From: Candidatus Eiseniibacteriota bacterium
Lineage (GTDB): Bacteria; Eisenbacteria; RBG-16-71-46
DNA length: 64,000 nt
NCBI GenBank assembly: GCA_963776245.1
Contig: CAVZLN010000007.1
Location: 32,001 to 96,000, forward strand
Direction: 5' to 3'
Numbering within the stretch: position 1 is the stretch's first letter; the number at the start of each line of letters is the position of its first letter. The notes under the pieces were generated by a model. That model was not told the origin of the DNA. It saw only the letters and a program-made list of their open reading frames with translations, and ran no database searches. The translations under genes and the position numbers were made by a program. Below are positions 44,165 to 55,904 of this stretch, piece after piece.

Positions 44165-46137
44165 CCGAGGGCCGCTATCGGATCGGGCAGCGCCTTCGCC
44201 ACCCGACGTTCGGCGAAGGGCTCGTGGTCGAGGTCCATACCGACCGCGGTCGCGAGGTGCTCGAGGTCGTGTTCGAGGGCGTGCTGCGCCGGCTCTCGGC
44301 GCAGCGCGCCTGGGACATCGTCGCCGGCGGCCCCGCGTCCGAGCCGGAGCCCGCGCCCTCTCCCGGGTGCGACGGTGGCGCCGAGACCACCGCGAGCACC
44401 TGCCGCGCGTCCCGTGCGTGGCACCCACTGGGCGACCGGCTGCTCGAGCACTGGACCGCGGGCGAGGCCTGCGCGCCCGCGCACTTCGACCTGCGCAGCG
44501 AGGCCGAGCGCTGGGCCGGATGGGCCGGCACCGATCGGCTGGTCTCGCTCGACTCGCTCCGCGGGGTGGAACGCTATCCGCACCAGATGCGCGTCTGCCT
44601 CAAGGTGATGCGCGAGCTGAACGGGCGCGCGATCCTGGCCGACGAGGTCGGGCTGGGCAAGACCATCGAGGCCGGGATCGTCCTGAAGGACTACCTGCTG
44701 CGCGGTGCGGTGCGCACGGTGCTGGTGCTGGTGCCGGCGTCGCTGTGCGAGCAGTGGCGGGCGGAGCTGTGGGAGAAGTTCGAGCTCGACTTCGTCGTGT
44801 CGCGCGGGCCCGCCGGCCAGTGGGGCCGCCACCCGCTGGTGATCTCGTCGCTCGAGACGGCGCGGCACGAGCGCCATCGACGCCGCGTGCGGGCCTCGAA
44901 CTACGACCTGGTGTGCGTGGACGAGGCCCACCGCCTCCGCAATCACCTCACGCTCGGCTGGAAGTTCATCAACGACCTCAATCCGCGCTACCTGCTCCTG
45001 CTCACCGCCACGCCGGTGCAGAATGACCTGCGCGAGATCTACAACCTCGCCACACTGGTGCGGCCCGGCACGGTCGGCACCTTCACGCAGTTCCGGCGCG
45101 ACTTCCTCACCGGCCACGACAAGCGCACGCCGCGGAACACCCCGCGCCTGCGGACGCTGCTCGAATCGGTGATGGTGCGCACGCGTCGCAGCGAGACCGA
45201 TCTCACCTTCACACCGCGCAAGGTCGAGACCATGTGGGTGGCCCAGACCGCGGCCGAGCGCACGCTCTACCGGGAGGTGAGCGAGTTCGTCGCGGACGCG
45301 GTGCACGGCGAGGCGGGCGCGCCGGGACGGCCGCACTACTTCACCCTGATGGTGCTGCAGAAGGAGATGGGCTCGTCGTGGGCGGCCGCGCGCGCCACGC
45401 TCGAGAAGCTCTCCCACCATCCCGACGGGCTCGACCCGCGACGCCTTCGGCTGCTCGCGGGCAAGGCGTCGGAGGCGAGTCGCGAGCCGAGCAAGGTCCG
45501 TTCGCTGGTGCGCTGCGTCGCCGGGCTCAACGGCGAGAAGTGCATCATCTTCACCCAGTTCCGGTGCACCCAGGACGCGATCGCCGAGGCCCTCCGCGCG
45601 TCCGGCGTCGAGCCCTGCCTGTTCCATGGCGAGATGGCGTGGAACGAGAAGGAGGAGTCCCTCGAGCGCTTCCGCGACAGCGCGCAGGTGCTGGTGAGCA
45701 CCGAGGCCGGCGGCGAGGGGCGCAACCTCCAGTTCTGCCGCATCGTCATCAACTACGACCTGCCGTGGAACCCGATGCGCGTCGAGCAGCGCATCGGCCG
45801 CGTGCACCGCCTCGGACAGGCCCACCCGGTGCGGGTCGTGAATCTCGCCGCGCGGGGGACCATCGAGGCCTACGTGCTCGAGATCCTCGACAAGAAGATC
45901 CGCATGTTCGAGCTGGTGGTGGGGGAGATGGAGGAGATCCTCGGCACCTGGCAACCGCACGGCTCGTTCGAGGACGAGGTGTTCCGGCGCTGGACCGAGT
46001 CCAGCAATCCGCGGGTGCGCAAGCGCCGCTTCACCGAGCTCGCCCAGCACCTGCTGGTGGCGCGCCGCATGTACCAGGAACAGAAGAACCTCCAGAATCT
46101 GCTGTTCCCGGCGGCCACCAAGGAGGGGTCCAAGTGA
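44155..46137 (+). CDS. SNF2-family ATPase (YqhH/RapA-like) with N-terminal PcrA/UvrD-type Tudor domain
   Basis: N-terminal YRIGQRLRHPTFGEGLVV...LEVVF; LADEVGLGKT, DEAH, LLLTATP, GGEGRNLQF, NYDLPWNP, EQRIGRVHRLGQ. Confidence 0.88.
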   Translation: MELTEGRYRIGQRLRHPTFGEGLVVEVHTDRGREVLEVVFEGVLRRLSAQRAWDIVAGGPASEPEPAPSPGCDGGAETTASTCRASRAWHPLGDRLLEHWTAGEACAPAHFDLRSEAERWAGWAGTDRLVSLDSLRGVERYPHQMRVCLKVMRELNGRAILADEVGLGKTIEAGIVLKDYLLRGAVRTVLVLVPASLCEQWRAELWEKFELDFVVSRGPAGQWGRHPLVISSLETARHERHRRRVRASNYDLVCVDEAHRLRNHLTLGWKFINDLNPRYLLLLTATPVQNDLREIYNLATLVRPGTVGTFTQFRRDFLTGHDKRTPRNTPRLRTLLESVMVRTRRSETDLTFTPRKVETMWVAQTAAERTLYREVSEFVADAVHGEAGAPGRPHYFTLMVLQKEMGSSWAAARATLEKLSHHPDGLDPRRLRLLAGKASEASREPSKVRSLVRCVAGLNGEKCIIFTQFRCTQDAIAEALRASGVEPCLFHGEMAWNEKEESLERFRDSAQVLVSTEAGGEGRNLQFCRIVINYDLPWNPMRVEQRIGRVHRLGQAHPVRVVNLAARGTIEAYVLEILDKKIRMFELVVGEMEEILGTWQPHGSFEDEVFRRWTESSNPRVRKRRFTELAQHLLVARRMYQEQKNLQNLLFPAATKEGSK

Positions 46138-47270
46138 GCGCGGCCGCCGCCCCGAGCCGCCGCTCGCCGGTGTCGCGGCGCGCCGGCGCGCGCCCGGCCC
46201 CGACTCCCGCCGTGGTGGTATCGCCCGCGCACGCCGCTCTGCCGCCGGACTGGCGGCCGTTCGTCGGGCGCTGGCTCGAGGCGTGCGGCTGCGCGGTGAG
46301 CACGGCGGCGCGCGGGGACTGGGAGGTGGAGCTGTCGGAGGCGCTGCAGAAGCGCTGGCGGCGGCAGCGCGTGCGCCTGGTCTTCGACCCGCTGCGCCCG
46401 ACGCTGCCGCGCGGCGCGTGGTTCTGCGCGCCGGGCAGCGTGGCGGGCAGGAAGATCCTCGACGCGCTGCTCGAGCGTCCCGGCTTCACCCGCCGCACCG
46501 CGCTGGTGCGGGTGCCGGGCGCGCCCGAGGACGGCCTGGCTTCGGTCTGCCGCGTGCGCGGGCTGGCGTGGGGCCCGGCGCGCCTCGGCCCGGTGCGCTA
46601 CGAGCGGCGCGTCGCGTTCCATGCGCTGGTCACGCGCTGGGGCGGGCTGCCGGCGCAGGAGCACTGGGTGGTGGTGATCGGCGAGGACGGCCGCTTCATC
46701 GAGTGGACGACCGGATACGAGCTGCCGGACGTGCGCAGCCGGGAGGGGCTCTACCAGATCACCGAGGACCTCGATCCCGCGACGCGCGAGCGGCGGATGG
46801 AGCAGGCGCGGCGCGAGCTCGAGCGTCTGCTCGCCGAGCACGAGGTGCAGTGGGAGCGCACCGTGGCGCGCCTGCGCGACGACGAGCTCGACCGCCTCGG
46901 GGCGTTCTTCTCGGCCCGCATCGAGGAGGAGGAGGAGCGGCTGCGCCGCCGCACCACCGCGACCGAGGACCCGCTGCACGACCATGGTGACGCGACCTCG
47001 CTCAAGCTCGAGTGGGAGCGCCGCGCGGCCGAGGTCCGCCAGCGCTGGGCGCTGCGCACCGAGCTGAGGATGTGGGGGCTCGAGGAGTGGTCGTGGCCGG
47101 TGGCCGAGGTCGAGCAGGAGCTGCGCGCCGGGGCGGTGCACGTGAGACTGACCAGCCAGGTCGACGTGGCGCGCGGCCGGCCCGCGCTGCCCGCCTGCCC
47201 GACGTGCGGGGCGCCGGCGGAGATGCTGGCGCGCTCGCGGGGCACGGTGGCCTGTCCGCGCTGCGCGTAG
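46134..47270 (+). CDS. YqhG-like partner protein with coiled coil and C-terminal CxxC...CxxC zinc finger
   Basis: GTGA overlap with the SNF2 gene; coiled coil RLRDDELDRLGAFFSARIEEEEERL; CPTCG...CPRCA; gene order matches yqhH-yqhG pairs. Confidence 0.6.
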   Translation: MSAAAAPSRRSPVSRRAGARPAPTPAVVVSPAHAALPPDWRPFVGRWLEACGCAVSTAARGDWEVELSEALQKRWRRQRVRLVFDPLRPTLPRGAWFCAPGSVAGRKILDALLERPGFTRRTALVRVPGAPEDGLASVCRVRGLAWGPARLGPVRYERRVAFHALVTRWGGLPAQEHWVVVIGEDGRFIEWTTGYELPDVRSREGLYQITEDLDPATRERRMEQARRELERLLAEHEVQWERTVARLRDDELDRLGAFFSARIEEEEERLRRRTTATEDPLHDHGDATSLKLEWERRAAEVRQRWALRTELRMWGLEEWSWPVAEVEQELRAGAVHVRLTSQVDVARGRPALPACPTCGAPAEMLARSRGTVACPRCA

Positions 47271-47292
47271 CGCGCGGGCGGTGAAGGGCGGC

Positions 47293-47322
47293 TTGACGCC
47301 GGCCGTCGCGAGGGGATAACGT
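47293..47322 (+). promoter_or_regulatory. Candidate promoter for the TPR and GH57 genes
   Basis: TTGACG (47293-47298), 18-nt spacer, TAACGT (47317-47322). Confidence 0.5.
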
Positions 47323-47390
47323 GCTCGCCGCTCGCGGCTGGCATCACTTCAGGCGGCGCGTTGGACTCGCGCCGCAAACGGAGGCCCGAC

Positions 47391-48059
47391 TTGAGTTTGG
47401 AGAACCGAAAAGGCGCGACGCTCGAGGATCCGGGCGCCGAGGTCGTGGATCAGCTGACGTCGTTCTGGGATCGCTATGGGCGGATCGGATCGGGCGTCCT
47501 GATCGGACTCGCGGTGGTGATCGCCGGGTCGATCTTCTACGTCCGCTCCCGCGCGACGGCCGAGGAAGGGGCGGCTGGCCGGCTGGCCGAGGCCAACGTG
47601 CTGTTCTGGCAGGGGGATTACCAGCGCTCGCTCGAGGCCGCCCGGCAGGTGTACACGCAGTACGGCTCCACACCGAGCGGCCGCGACGCGCATCGGCTGT
47701 CGGGCGACGACGCCTTCTGGCTCGGCGACTACCGCACCGCCGTCGACGAGTACCGTAAGTACATCGCTGGCGCGCCCGCCGGTCTGCTGGTGGATGCGGC
47801 GCGGCGCAGCCTGGCGTATTCGCTCGAGAACGCGAAGCAGTTCAAGGAGGCCGCGGAGATCTACGAGTCGCTGGTCGGCAAGTTCGACCGCGAGACCTCC
47901 GCTGAGATGCTGGCCTCCGCGGCGCGCTGCCTGGTCGCGCAGAGCCAGCCGGCCGAGGCGGCCAAGCGTCTGCAGCGGCTGCTGGCCGAATTCGGGGAGA
48001 CGAGTCATGCGGCGCGGGCCCAGGTGGACCTGGGCGCGCTCCAGCCCGTGACACGCTGA
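47391..48059 (+). CDS. Membrane-anchored TPR protein (YfgM-like)
   Basis: TTG start after GGAGG; single TM GVLIGLAVVIAGSIFY; TPR helices (QYGSTPSG, AEFGETSHA). Confidence 0.72.
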   Translation: MSLENRKGATLEDPGAEVVDQLTSFWDRYGRIGSGVLIGLAVVIAGSIFYVRSRATAEEGAAGRLAEANVLFWQGDYQRSLEAARQVYTQYGSTPSGRDAHRLSGDDAFWLGDYRTAVDEYRKYIAGAPAGLLVDAARRSLAYSLENAKQFKEAAEIYESLVGKFDRETSAEMLASAARCLVAQSQPAEAAKRLQRLLAEFGETSHAARAQVDLGALQPVTR

Positions 48060-48096
48060 GTCTCGGAGGACCGCGAGGTCAGGGGAGGAGGGCCCG

Positions 48097-50235
48097 ATGA
48101 GCGGAGTGCCTCCGGTCATTCTCGTCTTCCTGTGGCATCACCACCAGCCCGACTACCGGAATCCGCGCACCGGACACGCCCTGCTGCCCTGGGTGCGGCT
48201 CCACGCCACCAAGGACTACCTCGACATGGCGCTCCGCCTGGGGCGCCATCCGCGCGTGAAGGCCACGTTCAATTTCGTCCCCTCGCTCCTCGACCAGCTC
48301 GAGGAGGCCGCGGCGGGGGTGCCGGACGCGCTGTTCCCCCTGCTGCGGCGGTCGTTCGCCTCGCTCGACCCCGAGCAGCGGGACGAGGTGCTGCTGCGCT
48401 GCGCCTCGGCGCCGCGCTGGGCGCTCGACCGCTGGCCGCGCTACCGCGCCCTGACGGAGAAGGCCGGCCGCGCGCGGGGTGACGGTCCGCGCGAGTCGAT
48501 CAGCGAGGCCGAGGCGATCGCGCTCGAGACGTGGTTCCTGCTCGCGTGGCTCGATCCCATGTTCCATGGCGAGCCTGCCGCCGTGGCCGCGCTCGAGCGC
48601 CAGAACGACCCCGGGACCGCGGAGCGCGACGCGCTGTGGGACCTGCACGCGCGGCTCACCGGCGAGGTCATCCCGGCCTACCGCGCGCTCGCCGAGCGCG
48701 GCCAGGTGGAGCTGTCCGAGTCGGCGTACTACCACCCGATCCTGCCGCTGCTGGTCACCCATCAGGCGGCGCGGCGCGCGCGTCCCCAGATCGCGCTGCC
48801 CTCCGAGCCGTTCAGCGCGCCCGGGGACGCGGTCCGACAGGTCGAGCGGGCCCTCGACCGACACGCGCGCGCTTTCGGCGCCCGGCCGGCCGGCATGTGG
48901 CCTCCGGAGGGCGGCGTGAGCCCGGAGGTGTGCGAGATCGTGGCGGGCCTCGGGGTGCGCTGGCTGGCGACCGACGAGGGCGTGCTGTGGAATTCACTGT
49001 CCGGCGGGGACCGCGGCCACGGGGCGCTCTACCGGCCGTGGCGCGTGGCGACGCCCGCCGGGGACGTGGCGCTGTTCTTCCGCGACCACGAGATCTCGGA
49101 CCGCATCGGTTTCGTCTACCACCACTGGGATGCGCAGGAGGCGGTGCTCGACTTCCTCGCGCGGGTGCGCCGCATCGCCCAGGATCACGCGGGGAGCGAG
49201 CCGCCGGTGATCTCGATCATCCTCGACGGCGAGAACTGCTGGGAGCACTACCCGGACGACGGCGGTCCGTTCCTCGAGGCGCTCTATCGGGCGCTCGAGA
49301 CCGCGCCCGACATCCGCACCTCCACACCCTCCGCGATCCTCGCCGAGCGCGAGGGCACGCTGCCGCTGCTCGCCGGGCTCCACACCGGTTCGTGGATCGA
49401 CGCCGACTTCCACATCTGGATCGGCCACCCCGAGAAGAACCGCGCCTGGGACCTGCTCGCACGCACGCGGCGCGCGCTGGTGGACGCCGGCACCACGCCG
49501 GCCTCGCACCCCGAGGCCTGGGAGGCGCTCGCCGCGGCCGAGGGCTCGGATTGGTTCTGGTGGTACGGCGAGGACCACCACACCTCGGACAAGGCGCTCT
49601 TCGACCGCATCTTCCGCGAACACCTGATGGGGGCGCGCGAACGCGCGGGGCTCTCGGTGCCGGGGGAGCTGCTGCTCCCGGTGGCGCGCCATCGCATCAA
49701 GCGCGCCGGGACCCAGCCGCAGAACTTCATCCAGCCGGTCATCGACGGGCGGTGCACCCACTTCTATGAGTGGCACGGCGCGGGCTCCTTCAAGACCGGG
49801 GCCGGCGGCGGTTCGATGCACCGCGCCGCGGGGCTCGCCAAGGAGGTGTTCTTCGGGTTCGACGCCGCGCACCTCTACCTGCGGGTGGATTTCGCCGCCG
49901 GGCTGCCGGGGGAAGGCATCGATCTCGCCATCGAGATCATGAGCCCTCGCCCGGTGCGCCTGTCGGTGAGCGGTCTGGCGCACGGCGAGCGCACCGTGCT
50001 GTGGGGGGGAGGCGCGCGCGCGGGCCGGGCGGTCGAGGGGGCGCGGGCGTGCGCCGACCACGTGGTCGAACTCGCGGTGCCGTTCGCGAGTCTGAAGCTG
50101 CGGCCGCACGAGAACGTCGAGATGATCGCGCAGATCCAGGACCACGGGGCCCCGCTCGAGAGCCTGCCCGACGAGGACCTGATGCGCTTCGAGATCCCGG
50201 ACGCGGACTTCGATCAGATCATGTGGGAGGCGTAG
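48097..50235 (+). CDS. Glycoside hydrolase family 57 (amylopullulanase/alpha-amylase-like)
   Basis: WHHHQP, LPWVRLH, YYHPILPL, GMWPPEG (nucleophile Glu), ILDGENCW (acid/base Asp), AEGSDWFWW. Confidence 0.9.
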   Translation: MSGVPPVILVFLWHHHQPDYRNPRTGHALLPWVRLHATKDYLDMALRLGRHPRVKATFNFVPSLLDQLEEAAAGVPDALFPLLRRSFASLDPEQRDEVLLRCASAPRWALDRWPRYRALTEKAGRARGDGPRESISEAEAIALETWFLLAWLDPMFHGEPAAVAALERQNDPGTAERDALWDLHARLTGEVIPAYRALAERGQVELSESAYYHPILPLLVTHQAARRARPQIALPSEPFSAPGDAVRQVERALDRHARAFGARPAGMWPPEGGVSPEVCEIVAGLGVRWLATDEGVLWNSLSGGDRGHGALYRPWRVATPAGDVALFFRDHEISDRIGFVYHHWDAQEAVLDFLARVRRIAQDHAGSEPPVISIILDGENCWEHYPDDGGPFLEALYRALETAPDIRTSTPSAILAEREGTLPLLAGLHTGSWIDADFHIWIGHPEKNRAWDLLARTRRALVDAGTTPASHPEAWEALAAAEGSDWFWWYGEDHHTSDKALFDRIFREHLMGARERAGLSVPGELLLPVARHRIKRAGTQPQNFIQPVIDGRCTHFYEWHGAGSFKTGAGGGSMHRAAGLAKEVFFGFDAAHLYLRVDFAAGLPGEGIDLAIEIMSPRPVRLSVSGLAHGERTVLWGGGARAGRAVEGARACADHVVELAVPFASLKLRPHENVEMIAQIQDHGAPLESLPDEDLMRFEIPDADFDQIMWEA

Positions 50236-50266
50236 GCGAGGTCGGCCTTCGCCGCCGGCGGCGGCG

Positions 50267-51625
50267 CTACCTCACCCAGACGGTCTTGAGGTTCACGAAC
50301 TCGCGGATGCCGAGCGCCGACAGCTCGCGGCCATATCCGGAGCGCTTGAGCCCTCCGAACGGCAGCCGCGGGTCGGACTTCACGATCCCGTTGACGAACA
50401 CCTGCCCGGCCTCGAGCTCCTTCGCCAGCGCTTCGCCGCGGGCCGCGTCCGCGGTCCACACGCTCGCTCCGAGCGCGTAGCGGGAGCGGTTCGCGAGCGC
50501 CACCGCGTGGGGCGCGCTCTCCGCCCGGATCACGGCCGCGAGTGGCCCGAAGGTCTCCTCGTCGAACGCCGCCATGCCCGGGGTCACGCCGCCCAGCGCG
50601 CTGGCGGCATAGAAGAAGCCGGGGCCGTCGAGCGCGTGCCCGCCCGCCAGCAGCGTGGCGCCGGCGGCCAGGGAGCGGCGCGCCTGGTCGTGGAGTTCGA
50701 CGCGCAGGTCGGCGCGCGCGAGCGGGCCGAGCACGGTGGCGCGGTCGAGCGGGTCGCCCACCTTCGCCGCGCGCAGCCGCTCGACGAACGCGCGGGTGAA
50801 GCGCTCGAGGACCGGGGCCACCACGATGAAGCGCTTGGCGGCGATGCAGGACTGCCCGTTGTTGAGCAGCCGCGCGTCCACCGCGCGCAGCGCGACCTGC
50901 TCGGCGGGCGCGTCGGCGAGCACGATGAATGGATCGGAGCCCCCCAGTTCGAGCACGCACTTCTTGAGCGCCGCGCCCGCCGCCGCCGCCACCGCCACGC
51001 CCGCCGCGTCGCTGCCGGTGAGCGAGACCGCGGCCACCGCGTCGTGCGCCACCAGGCCGGCGACCACGGACGAAGGCACCAGCAGCGCGACCAGCCCACC
51101 GTCGGGCAGGCCGGCGTCGCGCATCAGGGTCTCGATGGCGAGCGCGCATCCCGGCACGTTGGAGGCGTGCTTGAGGATCACCACGTTGCCCGCCATGAGC
51201 GCGGGCGCCGCGCAGCGGAACACCTGCCAGAGCGGGAAGTTCCAGGGCATCACCGCGAGCACCGCGCCGAGCGGGTCGCAGCGCACGAACGAGCGGGTCG
51301 CGTCGCTGGCGATGACCTGCGGGGCGAGGTAGCGCTCGGCATGCTGCGCGTAGTGCTCGCACGTCCCCGCGCACTTCTCGACCTCGGCCTCGGACTGCAC
51401 GATGGGCTTGCCCATCTCCAGCGTCATCAGGCGGGCGAGGCCGTCGCGGCGCTGGCGCAGCAGGAGGGCCGCGCGAGTGAGCACCGCGGCGCGCTCGGCG
51501 AACGTGCGCGCGCGCCACACCGCGAAGGCCGCGGAGGAATCCGCCAGCCGCCCGGCGACCGCGGCAGGATCGTGATCGGGGTACTCGGCGAGGGTCTCGC
51601 CGGTGGCGGGATTGACGGAGCGCAT
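50267..51625 (-). CDS. NAD(P)-dependent succinate-semialdehyde dehydrogenase family aldehyde dehydrogenase
   Basis: SVNPATGE, MPWNFP, LKHASN, LTGS, LELGGSD, NNGQSC (catalytic Cys), EETFGP, PFGGLKRSGYGREL; ATG 7 nt after TATCCT. Confidence 0.9.
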   Translation of the reverse strand: MRSVNPATGETLAEYPDHDPAAVAGRLADSSAAFAVWRARTFAERAAVLTRAALLLRQRRDGLARLMTLEMGKPIVQSEAEVEKCAGTCEHYAQHAERYLAPQVIASDATRSFVRCDPLGAVLAVMPWNFPLWQVFRCAAPALMAGNVVILKHASNVPGCALAIETLMRDAGLPDGGLVALLVPSSVVAGLVAHDAVAAVSLTGSDAAGVAVAAAAGAALKKCVLELGGSDPFIVLADAPAEQVALRAVDARLLNNGQSCIAAKRFIVVAPVLERFTRAFVERLRAAKVGDPLDRATVLGPLARADLRVELHDQARRSLAAGATLLAGGHALDGPGFFYAASALGGVTPGMAAFDEETFGPLAAVIRAESAPHAVALANRSRYALGASVWTADAARGEALAKELEAGQVFVNGIVKSDPRLPFGGLKRSGYGRELSALGIREFVNLKTVWVR

Positions 51626-51680
51626 GGGGGGCAGGATACCATCGGCCGACGGGGCCGACGGAACCGCCCGAGGAGGGACG

Positions 51681-52136
51681 ATGGACGAGATCGCACGCAT
51701 CGACGACCAGTTGCGCCGTGCCTTCGAGCGCGAGGCGTGGTCGGGACCGTCGCTGCTCGAGACGCTCGACGGCGTGGACGCGGCGGCCGCGGCACGGCGC
51801 CCGGTGGGGAGCGCGCACAGCATCTGGGAGATCGTGCTCCACATCGGCGCCTGGCAGGACATCGCGCGCCGGCGCCTCGCCGGCGAACGCGTGGAGGTGA
51901 CGCCCGAGGTGGACTGGCCCCCGGTCCGCGAACCGAGCGACGCGGCGTGGGCGGACGCGCTCGATCGCCTCCGGCGGGGTCATGAGGCGCTGCGCCGGGT
52001 GGCGCGCTCGCTCGATCCCGGCGCGCTCGACGGATGCCCGGCGGATTCCACCGTGTCGCGCTACGTGCTCGCGCAGGGCGTGGCCCAGCACGACCTCTAT
52101 CATGCCGGCCAGATCGCGCTGCTGAAGAAGGCATGA
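51681..52136 (+). CDS. DinB/YfiT family protein
   Basis: HSIWEIVLHI and QHDLYHAGQI His triad; SD AGGAGG. Confidence 0.85.
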   Translation: MDEIARIDDQLRRAFEREAWSGPSLLETLDGVDAAAAARRPVGSAHSIWEIVLHIGAWQDIARRRLAGERVEVTPEVDWPPVREPSDAAWADALDRLRRGHEALRRVARSLDPGALDGCPADSTVSRYVLAQGVAQHDLYHAGQIALLKKA

Positions 52137-52246
52137 GGAGGGACGAGGTCCTGCGCCTCGTCGCGGCGATCCCGGCCCGGTCATCGCCCAGGATCGGGGC
52201 GGTCGCCCGGCCGGGATCCGGTAGGCGCATAATCAGTATTATGTAA
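52133..52246 (+). pseudogene. Possible remnant of an MGMT/Atl-type gene, ending inside dif
   Basis: ATGA overlap with dinB; MRRDEVLRLVAAIP resembles the V..LV..IP start of MGMT/Atl proteins, then similarity is lost; TAA lies in the dif right arm. Confidence 0.3.
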
Positions 52247-52249
52247 ACC
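52222..52249 (+). other. dif: dif site (XerC/XerD chromosome dimer resolution site)
   Basis: TAGGCGCATAA-TCAGTA-TTATGTAAACC: 11-6-11 layout resembling E. coli GGTGCGCATAA-TGTATA-TTATGTTAAAT; AT-rich island at the gene-orientation switch. Confidence 0.85.
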
Positions 52250-52368
52250 TACAGGCACGGAGGGCCGTGCGTCCGAGGCATCGTGGCCGTGGATCCGCTC
52301 TCCCCCGTCGCCGGTCCGCCGACATCCCACCTGCCGGGCGCTCGTGACTCGCGCCCGGGAGGGTCACC

Positions 52369-54819
<2,451 letters not shown>

Positions 54820-54892
54820 AGGCGGCGGAGAGTAGCGAAGCGCGGCCCGCGAGTCACGCGGTCCGCGGGTCCCGCGGCCGCCGCTCAGCCCG

Positions 54893-55846
54893 TCACCGCA
54901 CGCCGCAGAGCGTGCGGGTGGCCTGCTCGAGCACCGCGATGGGATCGGCGCGACCGCTCTTCCACGCCGCCTCGGCGCGGTAGAGCGCGTCCGCCGCGGC
55001 GCACAGCTCGGCGGGCCGCATGCGGTGGCGCAGTGTGCCGCTGTGCTCGCGGTGGATCGCCCAGCCCCCGAGCGCGCCCCCGACCAGGTTCGCGAGTGCG
55101 AACAGGACCTGTCCCTCGCTCACCCCGGTCGCCAGCAGCCGGCCGAGCCGCAGGGTGGCGGCGCCGGCCCGCCCGCGCGCCACCGCGCCCAGGTACTCCG
55201 GCAGGTCCGCGCCCACCGCGGGGCGCAGCACCGCCTGCGCGTCGGCCAGTCGGACCACGCGGTCCCCTCCCGCCCAGGCGCAGATCTTCTCGAGCTCATT
55301 GAAGAACGCGAGCGGATCGCCCTCGCAGGCGTCCGCGGTCGACTCGAGCACGCCGGGCTCGGCCTCGATGCCCTCGCGCGCCAGACGGCGGACGCCCCAC
55401 GCGAGCAGCGCGGGGCGCTCGGGCGGCCGCGCCTCCCAGCGCACGGCGGCGGCGGCGCGCAGCGGCTCGAGGGACTTGCGGAGAACGTCGGCCTCGGACT
55501 CCACCAGCACCAGGCACGAGCCGCCCGCCGGCCGAGCGAGGCCCGCGGCGAGGGCCGCCACCTTCTTCTCGCTGCGCCCGAGCGTCTCGACCTCGAGCAC
55601 CAGGGTCAGTTCGCGCGGCGCGAACAGCGATGCGCCCTGGTAGGCGGCGAGGATCTGCTCCACCCCGCTCTCGGCGGCGCGCAGCACGCGGGCGGTCGGC
55701 GCGGCGGGCACGTGCGCGGCCCAGGCGGCGCGCAGCTCGGCGAGCAGGGCGGTCTTGAGCGGCTCGGAGGGGCCTTCGAGGTAGAGCGTGGCCGGGAAGT
55801 CGTCGCGATCGAAGCGCCCGAGCAACGCGAACGCGTCGGCCGTCAC
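54893..55846 (-). CDS. holA: DNA polymerase III delta subunit (divergent)
   Basis: [13 protein letters not shown] (SLF clamp-binding motif), NELEKI, EAAWKSG; directly after lptE; start codon uncertain. Confidence 0.72.
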   Translation of the reverse strand: MTADAFALLGRFDRDDFPATLYLEGPSEPLKTALLAELRAAWAAHVPAAPTARVLRAAESGVEQILAAYQGASLFAPRELTLVLEVETLGRSEKKVAALAAGLARPAGGSCLVLVESEADVLRKSLEPLRAAAAVRWEARPPERPALLAWGVRRLAREGIEAEPGVLESTADACEGDPLAFFNELEKICAWAGGDRVVRLADAQAVLRPAVGADLPEYLGAVARGRAGAATLRLGRLLATGVSEGQVLFALANLVGGALGGWAIHREHSGTLRHRMRPAELCAAADALYRAEAAWKSGRADPIAVLEQATRTLCGVR

Positions 55847-55904
55847 GCTCGCGCCGGCGCCCCGACCGCGCGGGAAGGGCGCGCGGCGCGCGGGCGCCGG
55901 GGAG

